Shown piece by piece: positions 1 through 9,100 of a stretch of DNA of 64,000 nt. Numbering within the stretch: position 1 is the first letter of the stretch; each line of letters begins with the position of its first letter. This stretch comes from Felis catus (taxonomy: Eukaryota). A model generated the notes under the pieces. It was not told the origin of the DNA. It saw nothing but the letters and a program-made list of their open reading frames with translations, and ran no database searches. The position numbers and the translations under genes are program-made. Where the stretch lies: NCBI RefSeq assembly GCF_018350175.1, contig NC_058368.1:43836001-43900000 (forward strand), written 5' to 3'.

Positions 1-57
1 GGATCACAACCTGAGCCAAAGTCAGACTCTTAACCAACTGAACCACCCAGGCACCTC
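1..57 (-). mobile_element. Can-SINE, head portion, cut by the window edge
   Basis: acctgagccaaagtcagactcttaaccaactgaaccacccaggcacc is the reverse complement of the tRNA-derived Can-SINE head. Confidence 0.9.
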
Positions 58-169
58 TCAACTGGATACTTTGAAGCACTTCTAAGGTCGCTTGTTCAGA
101 CTGCTTGAGGGAAACAATGAGTGTTTTTAGGGTAACAGAGCTATTCAGGATTACTTTTCTCACTTCAAT

Positions 170-875
170 CTCTTCTGACACCCACACACTAGAACTTCTT
201 GTAAGGGACATGGATTATGTCGACTTTGAGGGAATCTAGCATTGTTTGGTGACAATAGAAGACACTTTTTCTGAACAGAGTAATTTCAAATAAGAGGAGT
301 CTTGAAGTTGTCATTGGCAGTCCTTCCTAGGAAGGTAGACAGGTTATGCATACTATGTTTTGTGTTAGATAGGCCAATATAAGAGAAACTCTTACAAATT
401 GATGGAAAGTTGTCTCCATACACTTAAGTACAGTGTTATGGTTGCATAACAAAAACTAGAACTGGGGATAGGAGTCAAACTAGTTGGGTCTTCATTTACT
501 CTAATAACTAACAGCATTTCTTAGTTTTATGGCACTTACAACTTATGCAATTTAGTGGGCTTTTATAATCAAATAATACAAAATTATAACTGAGAAATTC
601 TTAGAAATCACTGCAAGGTCTTAGAAGGACCTTAGAATGATCGCTGTGCAAGTGATCAGTTTTGAAGACTAAGCTTCATTACTTTACAGCCAATTCCATT
701 AGAGGTGCTTCTATTGTGCAGACACAAAAGAATACAAATATTTGCCCTCCATTCAAATAGGGAAAAAGTGTCCAACAGGTGACAGGTAACTGTCTGCTAT
801 GTGGGTCAGATTGACATTATGGAGTCAGGCAGCAATAATGGTATTTCTTCTGGTGAATGTTGGATTAAATGTTCT
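170..875 (+). pseudogene. Endogenous bornavirus-like nucleoprotein (EBLN)
   Basis: Here ~ BoDV-1 N, in order: LALFGDNRRHFF (236) ~ VALLDQSRRDMF; VVIGS (307) identical; LDRP...LLQ (365-397) ~ LNRP...LLQ; VGSSFTLIT (483) ~ VGSFVLSLLT; LVGFYNQI (552) ~ LVASYAQM; KFLEITAR (595) ~ DFLEVSAK; FYCA...SIQIG (709-762) ~ FYWS...TIQPG; AAIMVFLLVNVGLN (829-870) ~ C-terminal SAIMKMIGVTGLN. Confidence 0.88.
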
Positions 876-884
876 TAAAAAGAA
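875..884 (+). promoter_or_regulatory. Candidate fossil viral transcription stop/start signal (N/P junction)
   Basis: TTAAAAAGAA just after the N C-terminal match; the same 10-mer occurs at 1480. Confidence 0.45.
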
Positions 885-1483
885 TGACTTAACTAGACAT
901 AAAGTAAATGGCAAAGAACTGCCAATAAGGGCTTGCAAGATTTCTTCTACGCGTGCACCCATCCCAGACCCTATAACATCAGTAACATTGGAGAGCTGAT
1001 GCTTTAGACTGAGCACATCAAATTATGCCAGGAATGATGACAGCTGCTTCCAGGTTGGTAGTAGTTCATAAGTCAATTCTGGCAGTGGGATGATAATGAA
1101 GTTTTTCACCACTGTATTCATTTAATGAAGACAAATCTGGCAAAGTGATGGTATTCTCTGCCACCGCTGGGACAATCACACGAGGTTATTGAGGTTGCCT
1201 GCTTGAGTCTGTATGTCAAGGTCACAAGTGTCCTTCATCTCACTAGTTAAGATCTGTCACCTACTTCCCAAAGGAGCCAGATGATCATTTTCCTAGAAGA
1301 ATGGGCTTTAACCTAGGAAATTGAAAAAGGATTTACCATTCTCTCACTAAAGTTGACCCCTAAAAAAAGAGAAGGCTTAAAAACCAGTTTGAATGGGGTA
1401 TATGGAAGAATATACTGGTAACAGTGATAAAGTCAGAATTATCTCTCAGTGTATATGGACATCATATGTAATTGTGAAATTAA
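885..1483 (+). pseudogene. Endogenous bornavirus-like phosphoprotein (EBLP; X/P region)
   Basis: EIEKGFTILS (1317-1346) ~ BoDV-1 P RIEAGFESLS; NSDKVRIISQCI (in ORF 1393+) ~ HSDSIRILGENI; lies between N and G. The N-terminal half and X are not recognisable. Confidence 0.65.
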
Positions 1484-1489
1484 AAAGAA
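1480..1489 (+). promoter_or_regulatory. Candidate fossil viral transcription stop/start signal (P/G junction)
   Basis: TTAAAAAGAA between the last P match and the first G match. Confidence 0.45.
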
Positions 1490-1494
1490 AAAAA

Positions 1495-2650
1495 TCCAAA
1501 GTTGTGACCATTCAGTCAGCCTTGCTAGTAGCACATTTTAGTCAGGATCAGAGTGGGAAAGAAAAGAAAAAAGGGAACATTGTTGATGTTTGGCCACTCT
1601 AAGTTTTATTACATCAAATAGGCTTCCCTTTTTTATTTTCCATTCTAAAACTATTGGATATCCATGAGTTTCACTAGGTAGTGAGGCCCTTGCAGAGTAT
1701 GTCTATATTCATCTTTTAAGGATTTTTTTTTGGAAAGTCTGTGTCCTTAGATAATCCACTTCTGTACTTAATGATATTTGCCATATTTGGGTGCAAGTGT
1801 CACGGTGTACTTAGAAAATACTATGTTGAGATTGACAGTAGCTGGGAAGAGAGTGCGATTTTTAGATCACATCAGATCTGTGTACATCATATGCATCTTA
1901 TGTAACAGAGATCTGTCATTCAGTGCCTTAGTATCTGTGCAATTCACCCAGCTAGGAAAACAGCACTTTCATGTTCTGAAACCATTCTATAGAACCCATA
2001 ATAGCAGTGGTAGAGAGTTGAATAAATATCTATAACTTGTAAGATGGTCTGTGGTACTATGGTATTATGCCCAACTCACCCTGAGGTACATATTCATATA
2101 TATGGAAAAAGTCAAGGCTCTATAAGTGTCATTAGATCTTGTTCATGTGTACAGTAATTTTTCCCCCTGGAACTCCAGGAATTTCATGTTACTTTTATAA
2201 CCATAGTGGTTTTAGGCAGGGACCTTCACATCATCAATTGCATGATGAGTGTGCAAACCTGAGTATGTTCCACATGCTATTCTCTATGTTTAGTCCAGTT
2301 TTCAGAGTGTGTATATATGTAATATCAGCTCTAGTTTATAATTTGATTATTATACTTTCTTTCATAAGGTATAAGCCATATGATAGTGCTTTTGGCAGTC
2401 CTATTTTGGATCACCTATAGACTAACCACACTAGGCCATTGGCAGTGGCCTATGATTAATATAGAATTTAGTCAATCTACGGATGGCATGCTATAGCCAG
2501 AGTTCAGCCAATTACATGAAATAACCAATACAAAACAATAACAATGCTTTACTATTATTTTGATGGAATGTTAAAGCACTCTGTTGAATTTCTTTTGAAC
2601 AAGAAGAAGGGTACCTTATTTTTTGTTCAGATACTGACTCCTGTAGGTGA
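1495..2650 (+). pseudogene. Endogenous bornavirus-like glycoprotein (EBLG)
   Basis: GNIVDV ~ GLIDL; C...F*GFFFGKS (1691-1740) ~ C...YWGFFGSYS; THPEV (2074) ~ NHPDI; VIF-PWNSRNF (~2154-2185) ~ VTFMAWNESTY; PYDSAFGS (2376) ~ PINHAYGT; TNHT..IGSG (2421-2449) ~ SNITSTDTGSG; VNL-GW (2471-2486) ~ LNPLGW; FF*TRRRV (~2590-2613) ~ cytoplasmic tail SFARRRRL. Confidence 0.85.
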
Positions 2651-2703
2651 GAACCTCTTAAGTTAGATCCCCTTTAACTTTACATTAAGAATTTAGCAGG
2701 GCC

Positions 2704-3073
2704 ATGTCTTTTACTACTGGGTGAATATGCGCATACTATGGAATTAGCTAAGGCATCAGGAGCCAGGCTTGTCTCATTTGATACAATATATTCTTTTATT
2801 TATTTTTTTATAGTTTTCCAGTGTTTATCACACCTTAAATGATTTTGCCTTGAAGAATACTGTTGTCAGTTTTGAGATAGTGGGTGAAAGAAACAGTTTT
2901 CCCCTCTGAGGAGACAATCGGTTTCCACTAAGCACAAGGAACAGATTAAAGACTCCTTTCAGATGAAAGGAACAGATTAAAGGCTCTTTTCAGATAAATG
3001 GGTCCAGGAAACCCAGGAGTGTCTGGGATTTTTCCCTTTCAGATTCACACGTACTGGAGCATGTGGTCCATGA
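2704..3073 (+). pseudogene. Endogenous bornavirus-like matrix protein (EBLM)
   Basis: HTMEL (2732) ~ HSYVEL; PGLSHLIQYI (2763) ~ PGWPTLMLEI; FPVFITP*MILP*R (2815) ~ IPFLSVKEPLQLPRE; HKEQIK ~ YKDPIR; GFFPFRFTRTGACGP* (3026-3073) ~ NVFSYRLRNIGVGP. Confidence 0.78.
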
Positions 3074-3450
3074 TGGCTCTGGGTACTAAGGGAAGAAGAT
3101 TGTAGGACACAAGGACACTTTTTTGTCATTCTTAAATTGGAAAATGCTCACACTAGATACAGATTAGGATCAAGTTTACAAAAGGGTATTGAGGGTCATG
3201 GGAGGTCTTGTCAATACTTGTATTTCAATATTTCTAAAAATCATAGGTGTCATCTTTCACCCTCTTTTGAGGACTCAGTGGACTGAGTGTCTTCCAGAGA
3301 AGGTGGCGAGGTGACAGAGATGGGCTTTAATACTCAAATGGAATACTTTCCAGGATATGTCTTGTCTAAAGCTTTTAGTTGTTTCACTGAAGACCAAGCT
3401 ACCTTTTTTATTATGTTATTTTATAAATATTTCTTTGTATTCAGAATTCC
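3070..3450 (+). pseudogene. Probable 5' fragment of bornavirus-like L polymerase (EBLL)
   Basis: ATG at 3070 overlaps the M stop. One frame (3074-3454, a single internal stop) contains VLREED (3083) ~ LLREEE, KNHRCHL (~3236-3256) ~ AKSRCHL and EYFP (3341-3352) ~ WYFP. Large deletions are needed to align these. Confidence 0.5.
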
Positions 3451-4179
3451 TTAGTTCCCTTTGGATTCCACATGGTTATGACCTCACCCCTACACTTCTA
3501 TAATTGAGAATTTGGCAGCTCATCAATTTCCTCTCTGTCAACCCCTTAACCCCATCATTTTATTTTATCCAGATTCTGTCCTAATATTTGTGTTCCATCT
3601 TTGTTCCTTTATCCCATGTTGTCCATTTCTCTTTCTATCTTGGGCAGAGAACTGTATTATTTTCTAACATACTTTGTGTCCACCTCCTTTCATGATCTGG
3701 ATTCTAAACGAGCCTAGAAGAAATAACTCATTCTTCACACTGTGCTCATACTATATGAAAATTCAAATTGTTCCCAGCATTTCTAGAGTGAAAAGCTATT
3801 ACCTTGTACTCAGGGTTCTCCTATAAATTTATCAGGAGGTCACACTATTTCAGAGTAGTAACAACTTCACAAGAGATCCTCCAATTTGTGGTTAGGACCC
3901 CAAAAGAATGTATCCCAAAGAAATGTGTTATTTTATTATTACAAAATTTCCTTCATTTGCATGTACAGCAGGGAATAGTTGAATATTAATTACAGTTTCA
4001 TAAAAAACTATACCTAGAAAAACATATTATTTAAGTGATAAATCAAATTCATAATTATATACTTAAGGTTGAATGACATAGCTCAACAAGTGGGTAAAAA
4101 ACATTATGTTTTAACATAAAATGAACATTTTAAGGATGATACTCCCAATATTTCAATGAAAGGTCTTAGATAACATTTT

Positions 4180-4268
4180 ATGATATGTATGTATGTATCT
4201 TAAACATTCACCTCTTTGAAAACTGTTTAGACTAAACTGGGAAGGCATAAATTAACAAATAAACAAAA

Positions 4269-4301
<33 letters not shown>

Positions 4302-4417
4302 AAAAATAAAAGCCTCACATACATTTGTTGATTGTAAGAAGTGTTATCATAATTTTATTTTTTCTATAAATCCTTCATTGCCTAATTAAAAACTTTTAAA
4401 CTGTGCATTATTTGTCA
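4180..4417 (+). repeat. Source of a ~235-bp local duplication, including a (CA)n
   Basis: Near-identical to 6014-6249. Confidence 0.95.
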
Positions 4418-4484
4418 AAAGTTTTTATATTAGTAAGGTGTGAATTTCATATAATGACTAAAAAATAGTTTTTGAAAAGTTTTA

Positions 4485-5090
4485 AACAAACTTTAATTTT
4501 TAGAACAATTTATATTTACAAAACAAACATACAATAATAGAGAGTTCCCATATACCTCACAGACAGATTTCCTGATCATTAATAGATTATATTAGTATTG
4601 CACATTTGTTATAATTAGTGAGTTAATATCAATGCATTAACATTAATTATAATCTATATTTTTATTTAGAATTATTTTTTACCTAATGCCCAACTCTTGT
4701 TCCAGAATTCCATCCAAGATGCCATATTATAATTTGTTGTCATGAGTTTTTAGATTTTTCTAGATTATGACAGTTTCTCAGACTCTCCTTTGTTTTTGAT
4801 GATCCTGACAGTTTTAAAGTGTACTGGTCAGGTAGTTTGCAGAATGCCCCTCAGTTGGGACCTGTAGGATAATTGTCTCACGATTACACTGGAGTTTTGG
4901 ATTTAGGAGAAGAATACCACAGAAGTAAAGTACCATTTTCATCACATCGTATCAAGGGCACATATCACTGTTGATGATATGCTTACCCTCATTCAGATAG
5001 TGTTAGATTTATGCATTGTAAAATTACATTTTTTCACCCTTTCTAGACTATACTTTTTGAGAGAAAGTCATTACATACATTCCACATAGG
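4485..5090 (-). mobile_element. Old L1 3' UTR fragment (L1MC-like)
   Basis: Characteristic L1M 3'-end text, e.g. gacagtttctcagactctcctttgtttttgatgatcctgacagttttaaagtgtactggtcagg. Confidence 0.7.
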
Positions 5091-5094
5091 AGAA

Positions 5095-5360
5095 CCTTAA
5101 CAAGAAACCCACAACTAATACACTTAGTGGTGAGAAATGGAACATTTCTTCCACTAAATTGAGAATAAGGCAATTTTATCCTTTCTCAGGACACTGTTTC
5201 CACATTGTACCAAAACGTTCTCGCTTGTGAAAGGGAAGAAATTATGCTGATTAGGCCTAAAGAGAAGATTGTTTTTATTAAAGACCTGATTGTTTTTGTA
5301 GAAAATCCCAAAGAAGCTATGAAAAGCACTCTTAGACCCAAGAAGTGATTATAGCATGAT
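5095..5360 (+). mobile_element. Old L1 ORF2 fragment
   Basis: caagaaacccacaactaat...tagaaaatcccaaaga resembles the L1 RT region. Confidence 0.6.
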
Positions 5361-5440
5361 TGCTTACCATCTAAATTCTTCTGGTAAATCCATGTTTTCA
5401 TTTGTATTATTGTCCTTCTGCTGAAAGAACATTTTATAAA

Positions 5441-5664
5441 GTTTTTTTTTTAATTTTGAGAGAGAGAGAAAGAGAGAGAGGATGAGTGGAAGAGGGGCAG
5501 AGAGAGAGAGAGAGAGGGAGAGAAAGAATCCCAAGAATCCCAAGCAGGCTTCATGCTGTGGGCACAGAGCTCCATGCAGGGCTCCCTCTCACAACTGTGA
5601 GATCATGACCTGAGTTGAAATCAAGAGTCAGATGCTTAACTGACTGAACCACCCAGGCACCCCT
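5441..5664 (-). mobile_element. Can-SINE
   Basis: Poly-T, (GA)n and reverse-complement head; TSD aaagaaca(a)ttttata. Confidence 0.93.
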
Positions 5665-5854
5665 AAAGAACAATTTTATAGTGCAGCTCTGCTACAGATG
5701 AATTATCTCAGTTCTGTTATATGTGAAATACATTTATTTCACCTTTATTTTTTTAATTTTGGTTTACTGATTTTAAAATCAAGAGTTTTTTCATCATATT
5801 CATAGGTTATGCTGTTTTGGCATGTTGAACTTCTTAGAAATGTATGTTTATATT

Positions 5855-6097
5855 TTTTCTCTTTTTTATTAACTTGTTTTATTTTTTTTAATTTATATCC
5901 AAATTAGTTGGCATATAGTGCAACAATGATTTCAGGAGTGGATCCCTTAGTGCCCCTTACCCATTTAGCCCATCCCCCCTCCAAAAACCCCTCCAGTAAC
6001 ACCCTCCTGTAACATGATATGTATGTATGTATCTTAAACATTCACCTCTTTGAAAACAGTTGAGACTGGGAAGGCATAAATTAACAAATAAAGAAAA

Positions 6098-6140
<43 letters not shown>

Positions 6141-9100
6141 AAAAATAAAAGCACATACATTTGTTGATTGTAAGAAGTGTTACATAATTTTATTTTTTCT
6201 ATAAATCCTTCATTGCCTAATTAAAAACTTTCAAACTGTGCATTTGTCATATATGGCTTTTATGGTCTCAAGATATGCTCCTTCTATCCCTACTTTCTTG
6301 AGGGTTTTTATCAAGAAAGGATGCTTTATTTTGTTAAATGCTTTCTCTGCATCTATTGAGAGGATCATATGGTTCTTGTCCTTTCTTTTCTTGATATGAT
6401 GAATCACATTAATTGTTTTGTGGATATTGGACCAGCCCTGCATTGCAGGTATAAATCCCACTTGGCCGTGATGAATAATTTTTTAATGTATTGTTGGATC
6501 TGGTTGGCTATTATTTGTTGAGGACTTTTGCATCCATGTTCATCAGGGAAATTGGACTATAGTTCTCCTTTTTAGTGGGGTCTCTTTCTGGTTTTGGAAT
6601 CAAGGTAATGCTGGCTTTATAGAAAGAGTTTGGAAGTTTTCCCTCCATTTCCATTTTTTGAAATAGCTTCAAGAGAATATACTCTTCCTTAAATGTTTAG
6701 TACAATTCCCCTGGAAAGACATCCGGCCCTGGACTCTTGTTTTGGGGGAGATTTTTGATTACTAATTCGATTTCCTTACTAGTTACGGGTCTGTTCAAAT
6801 TTTCTATTTCTTCCTGTTTCAGTTTTGGTAGTGTATATGTTTCTAGGAATTTGTCCATTTCTTCTAGATTGCCCATTTTATTGGCATATAATTGCTCATA
6901 ATATTCTCTTATTATTGTTTTTATTTCTACTGTGTTGGTTGTGATCGCTCCTCTTTCATCTTGATTTTATGTATTTGGGTCCTTTCCTTTTTCTTTTTGA
7001 TCAAACTGGCTAGTGGTTTATCAGTTTTGTTAATTCTTTCAAAGAACCAGCTTCTGGTTTCATTGATCTGTTCTATTGGAGTTTTTTTTTTTGGTTTCAA
7101 TAGCACTAATTTCTGCTCTAATCTTTATTATTTCCTGTCTTCTGCTGGTTTGGGGTTTTATTTGCTATTCTTTTTCCAGCTCCTTAAGGCATAAGGTTAG
7201 GTCATGTATCTGAGATCTTTCTTCCTTCTTTAGGAAGTCCTGGATTGCTATATACTTTCCTCTTATGACCACCTTTGCTATGTCCCAGAGGTTTTGGGTT
7301 GTGGTATTATCATTTTCATTGGTTTCCATATACTTTTTAATTTCCTCTTTAACTGCTTGGTTAGCCCATTCATTCTTTAATAGGATGTTCTTCAGTCTGC
7401 AAGTATTTGTTACCTTTCCAAATTTTTTCTTGTGGTTGATTTCGAGTTTCATAGCGTTGTGGTCTGAAAATATTCACTGTATGATCTAGATTTTTTTGTA
7501 CTTACTTAGGACTGATTTGTGTCCCAGTATGTGGTCTATTCTGGAGAACGTTCCATGTGCACTGGAGAAGAATGTATATTCTGCTGCTTTAGGATGAAAC
7601 GTTCTGAATATATCTGTTAATCCCATCTGATCCAATGTGTCATTCAAAGCCATTGTTTCCTTCTTGATTTTTTTATTAGATGATCTGTCCATTGCTGTGA
7701 GTGAGGTGTTGAAGTCTCCTACTATTGTGGTATTACTATCAATGAATTTCTTTACGTTTATGATTAATAGATTTATATATTTGGGTGCTCCACATTTGGT
7801 ACATAAATGTTTACAATTGTTAGGTCTTCTTGGTGGATATACCCCTTAATTATGATATAATGCTCTTCTGCATCTCTTGATACAGTCTTTATTTTAAAGT
7901 CTAGATTGTCTGGTATAAGTATGGCTACTCTGGCTTTCTTTTGTTGATGATTAGCATGATAGATGGTTCTCCGTACCCTTACTTTCAATCTGATGGTGTC
8001 TTTAGGTCTAAAGTGGGTGTCTTGTAAACAGCATATAGATGGATCTTGTTTTCTTCTCCATTCTGTTACCATATGTCTTTTGATTGGAGCATTGAGTCCA
8101 TTGACATTTACAGTGAGTACTGAAAGATTTGAATTTATTGCCATTTTGTTGCTTGTAGAGTTGGAGTTTCTAGTAGTGTTCTCTGGTCCTTTCTAATCTT
8201 TGTTGCTTTTGGTATGTATGTATGTATGTATGTATGTATGTATATATTTATATTTTCATCTTTTCTCCCCTCAGAAAGTCCCCCTTAAAATTTCTTGCAG
8301 GGCTGATTTAGTGGTCACAAATTCCTTTAATTTTTGTTTGTCTGGGAAACTTTTTATCTCTCCTTCTATTTTGAATGACAGCCTTGCTGGATACAGAATT
8401 CCTGGCTACATATTTTTCTGATTCAACACACTGAATGTATCCTGCCACTCCTTTCTGGACTACCAAATTTCTGTGGATAGGTCTGCTGCAAACCTGATCT
8501 GTCTTCCCTTGTATGTTAGGGACTTTTTTTCCCTTGCTGCTTTCATGATTCTCTCTTTGCCTGAGTATTTTGTGAATTTGACTGTGATATGCCTTGTTGA
8601 TGGTAGGTTTTTGTTGAATCTAATGGGGGTCCTCTGTGCTTCCTGGATTTTGATGTCTGTGTCTTTCCCTAGGTTAGGAAAGTTTTCCGCTATGATTTCC
8701 TCACATAACCCTTCTGCCCCTATTTCTCTCTTCCTCTTCTGGGACCCCTATGATTCTGATGTTATTCCTTTTTAAGGAGTCACTGGTTTCTCTAATTCTT
8801 AATTCATGGCATTTTACCTTAATCTCTCTCTTTTTTTCTGCTTCATTATTCTCTATAAGTTTGTCCTGTATATCTCTGGTTCTCTGTTCTGCCTCATCCG
8901 TCCTTGTAGCCGCTGCATCCATCCGTGATTGCAGCTCAGTTATAGCATTTTTAATTTCATTCTATTTTTTACTTCTTTTATCTCTGTAGAAGGGGATTCT
9001 AATCTATTTTCAACTCCAGCTAGTATTCTTATTATCATGATTCTAAATTCTGGTTCAGACATCTCGCTTGCATCTGTGTTGGTTAAATCCCTGGCTGTCG

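Larger units (their letters stand above)
60..3450 (+). other. Multi-gene endogenous bornavirus-like element (N-X/P-G-M-L'), decayed
   Basis: More than 20 short collinear peptide matches to bornavirus N, P, G, M and L, all on the + strand, with stops, frameshifts and deletions; both ends uncertain. Confidence 0.85.

Noticed and set aside
825..1016. Minus-strand ORF containing VIGSGMG, resembling a methyltransferase GxGxG motif
   Set aside because: It is antisense to the N/P junction and has no other supporting motifs; likely chance
1393..1602. 69-aa ORF as a real gene
   Set aside because: Appears to be a chance read-through from the P remnant into the start of the G remnant
3164..3190. IRIKFTKGY resembling the L motif FRAEFIKGY
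   Set aside because: Out of order and out of frame relative to the other L-like matches
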